DNA of 64,000 nt, taken from Ignavibacteria bacterium (GTDB lineage Bacteria > Bacteroidota > Ignavibacteria > Kapaibacteriales > Kapaibacteriaceae). Where the stretch lies: contig JACPPD010000007.1 of assembly GCA_016191145.1 (NCBI GenBank), forward strand, positions 16,021-80,020, given 5' to 3'. The translations under genes were made by a program, and so were the position numbers. Positions within the stretch are counted from its first letter, which is position 1. Each line of letters starts with the position of its first letter. The notes beneath the pieces are model-generated. The model was not told where the DNA came from and made no database searches. It worked only from the letters and a program-made list of their open reading frames with translations. Shown here piece by piece: positions 49,611-58,614 of the stretch.

Positions 49611-50399
49611 ATGATACAGCTTCGCGGTGTTAAAAAATCATTTGGTCAGAACGAAGTTCTCAAGGGAATCGACCTTGATGTACCTTCAGGTGGGACGATG
49701 TGCATCATCGGTAAATCGGGATGCGGTAAAAGTGTGCTGCTAAAGCAAATCGTTGGTTTACTCGATGCCGACAGCGGAACGATTATTATTGATGGTAATG
49801 ATATTCAGCACATCAGCAGCAGCAAGCTATTTGATCTTCGAAGAAGAATTGGCTTTGTGTTCCAAGGGGCTGCGTTATTTGACTCGCTTACCGTTTTTGA
49901 AAATGTGGTAATCAGCCTTGTTGAACACGGTGAGCAAAACACCGGGTTATTAGAAAGCGAAGCTCGAAGGGTGCTGAGCGCCGTGGGTCTCCTGCCTGAG
50001 CTTGACCATGATGGGTCCGCGATGTACGAGAGGGCATTTCAGCTTCTCAGAAATAAAAAACCGGGTGATCTCTCCGGCGGGATGCGTAAACGCGTGGGCG
50101 TAGCACGCGCACTCGTTGGTGAGCCAGACTACATTTTTTACGACGAGCCTACAACCGGGCTGGATCCAATTACGTCGCAGCAAATCGATGACCTTGTTGG
50201 AGATCTGGCACGTAAACTTAGCGTCACCTCGGTGGTGATTACCCACGACATGTTCAGCGTTTTTAATGTGGCCGACCACGTGGCAATGATCAACGATGGC
50301 ATTATTCAGTTTCAGGGAACAGTACCCGAAATGCGTGCGTGCCAGGATGAGGTTGTTGTAGACTTCCTGTCGCGCTATGTGGCAGAAGGCTTTAGGTAA
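49611..50399 (+). CDS. ABC transporter ATP-binding protein, MlaF/Ttg2A-like
   Basis: It has Walker A GKSGCGKS, signature LSGGMRKRV and Walker B IFYDEPT. The length is 262 aa. Confidence 0.75.
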   Translation: MIQLRGVKKSFGQNEVLKGIDLDVPSGGTMCIIGKSGCGKSVLLKQIVGLLDADSGTIIIDGNDIQHISSSKLFDLRRRIGFVFQGAALFDSLTVFENVVISLVEHGEQNTGLLESEARRVLSAVGLLPELDHDGSAMYERAFQLLRNKKPGDLSGGMRKRVGVARALVGEPDYIFYDEPTTGLDPITSQQIDDLVGDLARKLSVTSVVITHDMFSVFNVADHVAMINDGIIQFQGTVPEMRACQDEVVVDFLSRYVAEGFR

Positions 50400-50429
50400 T
50401 CTGTAACGAACCGCCGTTCCAATAAGTCA

Positions 50430-53400
50430 TTGCAACCCATCGTGAAAAAAGACAAATCCGTATTACATTCTCTGACTGTATTAATTGCCTTTGTATGCAT
50501 TTCATTTGCCCTTTGTGAACCGGCGCAGAGTCAGGTTGTTATCACTCAGGTTGCTTTTAATTCTGGTTTAGCCTTGGATGTCTCGGCATATCCAAAAATT
50601 CGAGCCAGGATACGGGTAATGAATGGTGCAACGGCAGTTGTACTGAACACTTCGAAAACATTCCTCATAGAAGATAATCTTTCGTTTTCACCGACTGCTG
50701 TAATCGCAGAATCTCAAGGTGTGCATGTTGTAGAGTGGATTACTTCGCAGTTCGAAAGGGTGGGAGAACCTAACCAACCAAGTGTTTTGAGCTTTGCGTC
50801 GACGCTGTTGGTGTCTGACGGTGGTAGTACCGCCACAACGAGTTTTGCTACAACTCTGCCCATGTCGAATGGTGCTCGGGTGTTGGTGCGCGATAGTACG
50901 AGCAGAAACGTTCCTTACTTCTACGATTTTGGTACCGTTGCCGTAGGTTCCAGCCAACTAGTCAAACTCAAGGTTGTAGCAAGCCAGGCAGCGAAAATTG
51001 GATGGCCTCAGAACGAGCGCCCGGTGCTGCTCGAAAGCGTATCAACGCGCACAAGCCAATTCAAGGTTATTTGGAAGGGCTCGTTTGGATCGGCCCCTCC
51101 TCCAATCAACATCATTTCGCCGCTAGAATATCGCATCGATGTTGTCTTTACTCCAACTTCTTCGGAACCGGCAACAGATGTCCTTACGGTAACCTTCGAA
51201 GGAGGTATGCGAACCGATGTTATCCTATCAGCAAACCCACAGGTCTATCCACGGATTTCAATCTTAAACGTTGTTTCGCCAAATGGTAAAGAAGCATTCG
51301 CCCCCTGCCAGGAAATTCCCATTATATGGAAAGGGGCTGTGCCAGGCTTCAAAGCATTTGTAGAATACACACTCGATAATGGCAAGAAATGGATGTTGAT
51401 AGACTCAACTTTGGATTCGACAATAGTGTGGTATGTACCGCAATCGTATTCGGATAGCGCTCGTATTCGCGTTTACCAGAAGTTTCAGTCTGCAGATATT
51501 GTCTGGCTGGCTGGTGAACGTGCATCGGCTACGAGTTCGAGATTCTCCGCTGACGGAAAATATGTTTTGGTCGCCTATTCCAATAATGTAGTAATCGAGT
51601 TCGATGTAGCAACCTATGCCAAGGTAAATACCTACAGTCTAACAGCACCGGCTGGAACGCGCATCAGAGCGGTTTCATACATCGGAACAACACGCAATTT
51701 TGTTGCGGCATGTACAAAAGATTTTGGAGGCGGTGAGCTCCAGGTATTTACTCAGGGGGCTGGCAGTGCTGCTGCGCAGACCCCAATCCCTTTAGACTTC
51801 CAGGTAAGCGATATCGGAACAAATCAAAACAGTACTGTTCTGTATGCGATGCCCAAGTATTCAGGACGGATCCTGAGATTCAATCCTGTGACGTTGGCGC
51901 CAGACTCACCAATTATTCTAACGAGTCCGGCCGAAACATCTTCTATAAATAACAATATTTTAAATATTGTTCAGTTCGATGGTTTCATTGTCCGATACGA
52001 TGCTCAGACAGGACAAGAGGTTTCCCGCGTTCAAACTGGTTTGTCAGATATCCATGGTCCGGTAGCCAAGGCAACCGCATCTTCTGTCAACGGGAACCTT
52101 ACGGCTCTGGGAGGCCAAGCGTCGGTATCCACGAGTGGTCCTCGCGAACAGCGAACATTTATTTACGACATGATAACGCGCCAGGCTGTAAAGATTCTCT
52201 ATCGTGAAAGCACAGATCCGGTTGATTTGACGTTCAGTCCTAACAATGCCTTTCTAGGTTTGGGATATAGGTACACTCCACAATTCCTTGTGTACGATTT
52301 ACTTGCGGGCAAAACTCTGCCTGCAAGCGGATCGCCCGAAGGGCACAAGGGAGAGCTCACGTCTCTTATGTTCAGTCCGGTTGGGACGAGTATTGTTTCA
52401 ACTTCAATGGACAGCACTAATAACACGCTGTTAAGGAAGGTGAATACTCCGGAATCTGATGTATCCGACGATATGTTTCGAATCGCGCCTGTCGTGTTCT
52501 CGTCAGAATTACATACCATATCACCCCTGCTCATAGGAACCAGCCTCAACGTAAACCCACCTGATATCTGTAACACCAGCGCTGTTCCTGCCATTGTAGA
52601 AGGGGTGAAGCTCCGAAGCGGAACCTGGCTGAAGATGAATACACCTTTTCAAAAAGACACACTGATGCCAGGGGAATGTCTGCAGCTCAACTTTACTGCA
52701 ATGCCAAACGATACGGGATATTTATTCGACACATTGATAATATCAACATGTGGAGCAAAACATGAAGTCCCATTCACGATTTATTCGATAGATAGAGATC
52801 TGACTCTGCTGTTTGATTTGGAAGATTTCGGAGATGTCTGCATTGGAGATAAAACAACCCGCCGGTTGTCGATTATTCGCAACAACGATTCTGTACCAGT
52901 TAAAATCAACGCTGTATTCATGTTGGAGGGGTTGTTCTCGCAGTTTAGGATTGCAACACCTGTGTCCGATGCAGTAATTCCTCCAAACGAAACTCTTTCG
53001 GTTGATATCGAGTTCGCTCCGCGCAAGCTTGGCTATGATACCAGTGTTGTTGCCATTCGATATGCCGATCAGTCGTCACTTGATAGGCGGGTATCGGTTA
53101 TGGGGCGGGGTGCAGGCGCCGAAATATCCTTCTCTCACAAAGCACTGGCATTCGTACCAGAGATTCCTGAACGATTTCTGGTGATCCGCAATAACTCAGA
53201 CAACCTAATTTCCATCGATAGTGCATTCATCACACTCGGTGAGCCATTCACATTCGTTTCAAATCTGCCGATTGTAATTCCAAAGAATGATTCCGCAACG
53301 GTGACCGTTCGATATGAAGGGGGCATGGTTGGCAATGGTGCAAAGGTTTCATTCGCAATGGCTCCGTGCGTGGAGCAGTCGGTTGCGTCGGGTAAATACA

Positions 53401-54134
53401 GTGTGAGATTGACGTTGTATTCAGGCACTGCATCACTCGATTTACCGAACGTTGTATCGGCGCCGACAAACGACTCAGTCTCTATTCCCATTCTTGCACA
53501 GCTTACCGAAAACGTGAGATATGATGGCATGCGATTCCTGGAGGGAACGCTTCGTGTGAATCCCAGACTCTTTTTAGCACGGGAAATTGTTTCCAATATC
53601 GGCACGGGCGAAGTATTGTCGCAAAACATCGTAAATAAGGTTAGAGAAGTGCGATTCCGTATTGACGGGAATTTCGTTTCCGGAGAAATCGGCAGGCTTG
53701 TTGGCTATGCAGGAATGGCAGAGGTTGATTCAACATTGCTGACGTTCGATACCTCTGCCATAGCATTCGGATCCTCTGTGAGCGTATCGTATCGAGATGG
53801 GATGTTAGTTATTATTCATAACGATCCGGTGCGCCGTATCATTGATCAGTCTGTTGCTCCAATTATTGAACGAATTGCACCTCAGCCGGCGGGTGAAACG
53901 GCAGACGTTGAGATCGGCAGTGATGCCGACGCGTCGGCTCAATTAGCTGTTGTTGATAGAAATGGACGCGACGTTATTCCGGCAGTGACAATATCTCTGA
54001 GAGCCGGTAACGAGAACATCAGAAGCTCAAATACGTTTTCCCTCGATGTGTCTGATCTGCCTACCGGGATGTATTTAGTGTTGGTTAAAACAGGACAAAT
54101 GGTGGCGTCTTCACCGATGATCGTCATCCATTAA
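50430..54134 (+). CDS. Very large secreted protein (~1230 aa) with a T9SS C-terminal sorting domain
   Basis: It starts with TTG (50430) or GTG (50442) followed by a signal peptide KKDKSVLHSLTVLIAFVCISFALCEPAQSQ. The C-terminus ...SLDVSDLPTGMYLVLVKTGQMVASSPMIVIH is Por_Secre_tail-like. The body may have beta-propeller and Ig-like repeats. Confidence 0.55.
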   Translation: MQPIVKKDKSVLHSLTVLIAFVCISFALCEPAQSQVVITQVAFNSGLALDVSAYPKIRARIRVMNGATAVVLNTSKTFLIEDNLSFSPTAVIAESQGVHVVEWITSQFERVGEPNQPSVLSFASTLLVSDGGSTATTSFATTLPMSNGARVLVRDSTSRNVPYFYDFGTVAVGSSQLVKLKVVASQAAKIGWPQNERPVLLESVSTRTSQFKVIWKGSFGSAPPPINIISPLEYRIDVVFTPTSSEPATDVLTVTFEGGMRTDVILSANPQVYPRISILNVVSPNGKEAFAPCQEIPIIWKGAVPGFKAFVEYTLDNGKKWMLIDSTLDSTIVWYVPQSYSDSARIRVYQKFQSADIVWLAGERASATSSRFSADGKYVLVAYSNNVVIEFDVATYAKVNTYSLTAPAGTRIRAVSYIGTTRNFVAACTKDFGGGELQVFTQGAGSAAAQTPIPLDFQVSDIGTNQNSTVLYAMPKYSGRILRFNPVTLAPDSPIILTSPAETSSINNNILNIVQFDGFIVRYDAQTGQEVSRVQTGLSDIHGPVAKATASSVNGNLTALGGQASVSTSGPREQRTFIYDMITRQAVKILYRESTDPVDLTFSPNNAFLGLGYRYTPQFLVYDLLAGKTLPASGSPEGHKGELTSLMFSPVGTSIVSTSMDSTNNTLLRKVNTPESDVSDDMFRIAPVVFSSELHTISPLLIGTSLNVNPPDICNTSAVPAIVEGVKLRSGTWLKMNTPFQKDTLMPGECLQLNFTAMPNDTGYLFDTLIISTCGAKHEVPFTIYSIDRDLTLLFDLEDFGDVCIGDKTTRRLSIIRNNDSVPVKINAVFMLEGLFSQFRIATPVSDAVIPPNETLSVDIEFAPRKLGYDTSVVAIRYADQSSLDRRVSVMGRGAGAEISFSHKALAFVPEIPERFLVIRNNSDNLISIDSAFITLGEPFTFVSNLPIVIPKNDSATVTVRYEGGMVGNGAKVSFAMAPCVEQSVASGKYSVRLTLYSGTASLDLPNVVSAPTNDSVSIPILAQLTENVRYDGMRFLEGTLRVNPRLFLAREIVSNIGTGEVLSQNIVNKVREVRFRIDGNFVSGEIGRLVGYAGMAEVDSTLLTFDTSAIAFGSSVSVSYRDGMLVIIHNDPVRRIIDQSVAPIIERIAPQPAGETADVEIGSDADASAQLAVVDRNGRDVIPAVTISLRAGNENIRSSNTFSLDVSDLPTGMYLVLVKTGQMVASSPMIVIH

Positions 54135-54148
54135 GCCGTAAGTATAGT

Positions 54149-56062
54149 ATGCCCAGACACATTGTATTATTAATTACAATTCTTTGCCTTTCCTTAAGAG
54201 TGTACGGACAGGAGAATTATTCTCGTTTCAATTTTCGTGGAGAACTCAACGGCGGAACTTCAATTTATTATCCGAAGTTCACGCAACTGCCAACAATACA
54301 GAATTGCTGTCCGGAATTCAGCACAACTCTGGGAATGGCACTTGGTGTTGGAGTCGGGTTTGAGTACAGATCAAACATGCAGTTGTTTAACATGCCGGTT
54401 CGATTGGGAGCGGCGGCCGTTTATCAGCTTACAAACGCTGTTCTTAGTAGCAGCGAACAAGTTGGTAATATCATTGACGGCGAAACTGTTACTGATGGTA
54501 CGGTCGACCACTCGCTTGACGTAACGTATGGCCTGCTGGGAATTGAACCATACATCATACTGCCGACACCCATCGACAGGCTATATATTAGCGCCGGATT
54601 TCTTGTTGGAACAGGAGTAACGACTGATGTAGGACAGAAGCAGACGCTCAGTCAGCCGTCAGACCCGCGATATACCTTCGAGAACGGCCTGCGGACCAGA
54701 AATGAGTATTACGGGCCCCTTCCCGATGCATCTGCGATACAGTCGGCTCTGGTTGCTCGCGCTGAATATGAACTGGCAATCGACAGTTCGCTACTCGTTG
54801 TACCCATCCTTCGGTATCAGTATGGGTTGTCGAGCATAATGAATTCGGCGGACATGAACATCAGTTCGCTACAGGCCGGAGTAGTTTTTAAAGTTCGTAT
54901 TCCCAAGCCCGCTCCGCCGCCGCCTCCCCCGCCACCACCGCCGCCGCCTCCTATTGTTAAGCATCAAGAGGTTGTTAGGAAGCTACTCACCAATGTTATT
55001 GCGTTGTCGGTTGATGGTAAAGAGTCCGTTGCCATAGGCGACACGGTGCGCATTCCAATCGTTAAATCGTCAGTCACCGACTCTGTGTTTAATATCATCC
55101 CAATGGTGTTCTTTGAAAAGAACAGCACGACCATTGTGATGAATCATAACGATATTGATCATGTGTTCGAGGCGATTAGAGAATTGCTGATCAGGGATAG
55201 TACGTTTCACATCACTGTTGTGGGTCGCACGTCGTTCGACGAGGAACAAGCGATAGCCAGGCAGAGGGTATCATCGGTTGTTAACATGCTTCGCGCAGAT
55301 CAAAACCAGGTAGGCGTTAGAGTTGAACATGCAGATCAGGAACGATACCAGCAGCTTGACGAAGAAAACAGAAGCGTGTACTTCGAGTTTAGAGGATCGC
55401 GAATTCCGCTCACGCATTCTAGATCTGATACAGGAAGGACTGTACGCTCTTTTACTGTTATCGTAAATAATGTTGTGACTTGCGAGGCAGGTCCATGCGC
55501 AACAACAACAAGAATGTTGATTAATGGCATTGATGAACAACGAGGAACTGCATCAGCTCCTGCCGTACAACGGTTTACAGTCAAGTCTACTGTGTTTGCA
55601 GATTTGCGTGATCGTGTACTCTGGGTGGAGAGCGTAACCACCGATACTCTGGGGCAGACGTTTACTGCGAATGCATCCGTTATAATAATACCCGAAGTTG
55701 AAAGCGCCACAAGCCGTACAATAACGATAGGCTTTCTCCACACGCAGGATTCCTCGATTCTGTTGGGCCTGTTTGATTTTGATAAAACAACATTCTCTTA
55801 TTACGATGTTTCGGCTGCAGAGCGGATACGGCAGCATGTTGAGAGTGGCGGCAGAATAGAAGTGATTCCCAGTACGGATAATATCGGTACTCCGGAATAC
55901 AACAGGATGCTTCAGGGAGAACGCGCGAAAACAGCTATTCAGCAACTTGGAGTGGACGCTCGGAGTGCGACGATTACCACATCTGATGCGCCATTGCTGT
56001 CCAACTCATCTCCTGACGGCAGAGTTGCAAACAGGTGCGTCCGGGTTCGATTGATTAAGTAG
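54149..56062 (+). CDS. OmpA-family protein: N-terminal beta-barrel-like domain, poly-proline linker, two OmpA_C-like domains
   Basis: It has a signal peptide and the linker PKPAPPPPPPPPPPPPPIV. OmpA-like segments are ...HITVVGRTSFDEEQAIARQRVSSVVNML... and ...NRMLQGERAKTAIQQLG...ANRCVRVRL. Confidence 0.65.
   Translation: MPRHIVLLITILCLSLRVYGQENYSRFNFRGELNGGTSIYYPKFTQLPTIQNCCPEFSTTLGMALGVGVGFEYRSNMQLFNMPVRLGAAAVYQLTNAVLSSSEQVGNIIDGETVTDGTVDHSLDVTYGLLGIEPYIILPTPIDRLYISAGFLVGTGVTTDVGQKQTLSQPSDPRYTFENGLRTRNEYYGPLPDASAIQSALVARAEYELAIDSSLLVVPILRYQYGLSSIMNSADMNISSLQAGVVFKVRIPKPAPPPPPPPPPPPPPIVKHQEVVRKLLTNVIALSVDGKESVAIGDTVRIPIVKSSVTDSVFNIIPMVFFEKNSTTIVMNHNDIDHVFEAIRELLIRDSTFHITVVGRTSFDEEQAIARQRVSSVVNMLRADQNQVGVRVEHADQERYQQLDEENRSVYFEFRGSRIPLTHSRSDTGRTVRSFTVIVNNVVTCEAGPCATTTRMLINGIDEQRGTASAPAVQRFTVKSTVFADLRDRVLWVESVTTDTLGQTFTANASVIIIPEVESATSRTITIGFLHTQDSSILLGLFDFDKTTFSYYDVSAAERIRQHVESGGRIEVIPSTDNIGTPEYNRMLQGERAKTAIQQLGVDARSATITTSDAPLLSNSSPDGRVANRCVRVRLIK
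54901..54957 (+). repeat. Simple-sequence CCN tract (ccg/cca/cct) encoding a 17-residue proline-rich linker (13 of them consecutive Pro)
   Basis: Read directly from the sequence: cccaagcccgctccgccgccgcctcccccgccaccaccgccgccgcctcctattgtt. Confidence 0.9.
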
Positions 56063-56071
56063 TCAGCTCGA

Positions 56072-56302
56072 CTATACTTCCTTTTCTTCGCGGATTTTTT
56101 TAATGAACTGCTCCATAAAGGTTAGAGAATCGGGCAGATTCAAACTCAATTGAGCGCCGCCATTTAGTTCAAGATCAACGTAGATTTCGTTGTCGTGATA
56201 CCGATACTCAACATTGATGTCGTGGATATCAGTAAACGGAACCGAATGGCGGCCGAAATGGAAGATCGTCATGACGCATTCCTCATTGTAATTGATAAGC
56301 AA
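56072..56302 (-). CDS. Small hypothetical protein (76 aa)
   Basis: It is an ORF only, with no motif I recognise. Confidence 0.3.
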   Translation of the reverse strand: MLINYNEECVMTIFHFGRHSVPFTDIHDINVEYRYHDNEIYVDLELNGGAQLSLNLPDSLTFMEQFIKKIREEKEV

Positions 56303-56356
56303 TGTTTATCTAAACATACATTACAGAACACACAAGCCAAAGCGATTTTTCCATGG

Positions 56357-56977
56357 TCAGGAAGTCCCAAACAATCTATCGCCGGCATCTCCCAAACCCG
56401 GAACGATAAAGCCCTTTTTATCAAGCCCCCTGTCTTTGGCTGCAATCACTAGTGTCACCTCGGGATGGTCTTCCATTACTCGTGCAATTCCAGCTGGCGC
56501 GGCAATCAGACTGGCGACGACGATCTTTCGCGGGTTTAGTTCATTGATCCTGGACAGTGTGGCAGACATGGAGCCGCCAGTAGCAACCATTGGGTCGATT
56601 ACGATGTAGGACGAATTTTCGTTAGGGGGCGGGAAATTGTGATAGTATTCCGACGGCGTCAGCGTCCGTTCATCTCGCTGCAGACCCTGAAACCCCACAC
56701 TTGCTTCCGGCAGTAAATCGAGAAATGGATCGAGCAAGCCAATACCAGCACGGAGAACAGGAATAATAACAACTTGGCCACTTATGGTACATCCAGTTGT
56801 TTCTTCAAGGGGAGTTGTAATGCGTACTTCAGTTGTAGGCAGGTGTTTGGAACACTCGGCAGCTAAATGCAAACCAATGCGGCGGACCGCAGACCGAAAC
56901 TGTGGCGTAGAGGTCGACGAATCTCTTACAATCGTTAAATCCTGCAAGAGAGCTGCACCCTGTAAAATAATAACCAT
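56357..56977 (-). CDS. upp: Uracil phosphoribosyltransferase
   Basis: The PRPP-binding motif is VIDPMVATGGS, the C-terminus is GLGDAGDRLFGT and the length is 206 aa. Confidence 0.9.
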   Translation of the reverse strand: MVIILQGAALLQDLTIVRDSSTSTPQFRSAVRRIGLHLAAECSKHLPTTEVRITTPLEETTGCTISGQVVIIPVLRAGIGLLDPFLDLLPEASVGFQGLQRDERTLTPSEYYHNFPPPNENSSYIVIDPMVATGGSMSATLSRINELNPRKIVVASLIAAPAGIARVMEDHPEVTLVIAAKDRGLDKKGFIVPGLGDAGDRLFGTS

Positions 56978-56979
56978 TT

Positions 56980-58551
56980 TTAGAAAGAGAAATAATACAG
57001 CACGGTGAGGCGGATAACGGAATAGATAGTCGTGACATCGGCCTTATCTTCCGACTTCAAGCTGGGATTTGCCGAGTTATTCCACTGAGTACCTGCGTCT
57101 ACGTCTACATACTTTGCAACAATGCGATCCTGATCGGTTCCAAACATGAAGTTAAACCGGACATTAATCATTGGATAGAACAATCCAAGTGTTGTCGGAA
57201 TATTTGCACCCAGGCCCAGCCCGCCATTGACTCCAAACTTTGTTGTCGAAAGAGTACCGTCGTTCGTTGTTGCATACGTAACACCGGCCTGTGGAATGAA
57301 ATTGATTTTGTTGTACGGATTCAGGCTATACAAACCTGTGAGCTCAATGATGTTTGTGGTTATTGGGTCGAGACCGAACTCTCTTGCCGGTTTATCATTC
57401 AGTGTGTATAGATATGTTGCTTCAATTACCAGTGGTGTAGCTATAGCATAGGTTAATGTGGCGCCGTAAGTAAGCAACCCATCGTACGAAAAAGACCTTG
57501 TGGGTCCCTTCTGACGTTGGTACAGAGTCCAGCGCCCCGGATCGGTATAGGCGCTGGTTGGCGAGTAGGTGTAATTGTACCGCTGCATGAACTGTTGCCC
57601 CTCAACGGTTGTGTTTGAGCCGATTGAAAACCCGATGCCAATTTTCCTTGGTTTGATCCACTTTTCATAGGCGATGCTGTCGGCGATGTAATTGCTCACG
57701 GCGATCTCCCAATCACGATCGTGTTCGTAGTCTTCTTCATTGGGGAAACTTGGCTGTGCAGCAGCAGAAACGGCACCAATGATGAGAAGAGTTGCAATGC
57801 GGAAAAAGGCTTTTGCTGTTCGTGACGTTGCTTGGTCTACCTGGTCAATGGTCATGTTTCTTAACTCCGCAATTTTTTCCGCAACCAAGCGGACGTACGA
57901 TGGTTCGTTTCGTTTACCTCTGTAAGGTACTGGCGTTATGTAGGGTGCGTCGGTCTCAATCATAAATCGATTTTCCGGCACAGCGCGCACAACTTCATCC
58001 AACGTCGTTTTTTTAAAGGTGATATTGCCCGTAAACGATATATGAAATCCCAACTCCATTGCTCTTTCAAGAACATTGATCCCACTTGAAAAACAATGGA
58101 GAACGCCTCTCAGCGATCCGTCCTGCTCTTGTTGAATAATGTCAAGAATGTCGTCGTCTGCCTCTCTGTTATGCACTATTACCGGTAGATCGTTTCGCTT
58201 TGCAATGTTCAATTGGGCACGAAAGTACGACTTCTGCACGTCGGCAGGGGCGAAGTCGTAGTAATAGTCTATGCCGATCTCGCCAATGGCTACAACCTTT
58301 CTCTCCCTGCATTGTGCCTCCACATCGCTCAAATCGGATGGTTGCGCCATAGCTACGTGATGCGGATGGATGCCAATACCTCGGCATAGCCTATGGTCAG
58401 AGTTAACTACGTTGATGAGTTTTTGCCGCCGGCCTGGTTCGATGTCAGGAAGAATAATTGATTCAACACCGCTCATCCATGCTCTCGAGAGCACTTCGTC
58501 TCGGTCGGCATCAAATTCATCAGCGTCGATGTGAGAGTGTGAGTCAATCAA
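56980..58551 (-). CDS. tatD: TatD-family metal-dependent hydrolase fused in frame to a C-terminal outer-membrane beta-barrel-like domain (possibly two genes; an internal ATG at 57845 precedes a signal peptide)
   Basis: The N-terminus is MIDSHSHIDADEFD...GEIGIDYY...HCFSS (TatD motifs). TatD-like sequence ends around ...QATSRTAKAFFRI, and with no stop the frame continues into ATLLIIGAVSAAAQ plus a ~260-aa beta-strand-rich domain ending ...LTVLYYFSF. The in-frame ATG at 57845 would give MTIDQVDQATSRTAKAFFRIATLLIIGAVSAAAQ|P, a plausible signal peptide. Confidence 0.6.
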   Translation of the reverse strand: MIDSHSHIDADEFDADRDEVLSRAWMSGVESIILPDIEPGRRQKLINVVNSDHRLCRGIGIHPHHVAMAQPSDLSDVEAQCRERKVVAIGEIGIDYYYDFAPADVQKSYFRAQLNIAKRNDLPVIVHNREADDDILDIIQQEQDGSLRGVLHCFSSGINVLERAMELGFHISFTGNITFKKTTLDEVVRAVPENRFMIETDAPYITPVPYRGKRNEPSYVRLVAEKIAELRNMTIDQVDQATSRTAKAFFRIATLLIIGAVSAAAQPSFPNEEDYEHDRDWEIAVSNYIADSIAYEKWIKPRKIGIGFSIGSNTTVEGQQFMQRYNYTYSPTSAYTDPGRWTLYQRQKGPTRSFSYDGLLTYGATLTYAIATPLVIEATYLYTLNDKPAREFGLDPITTNIIELTGLYSLNPYNKINFIPQAGVTYATTNDGTLSTTKFGVNGGLGLGANIPTTLGLFYPMINVRFNFMFGTDQDRIVAKYVDVDAGTQWNNSANPSLKSEDKADVTTIYSVIRLTVLYYFSF

Positions 58552-58614
58552 GCGGCACTCCGCACCGGATAGAATTCATGCTATGGGCAGTAGTATAATC
58601 CGCTCGATTTGCCA

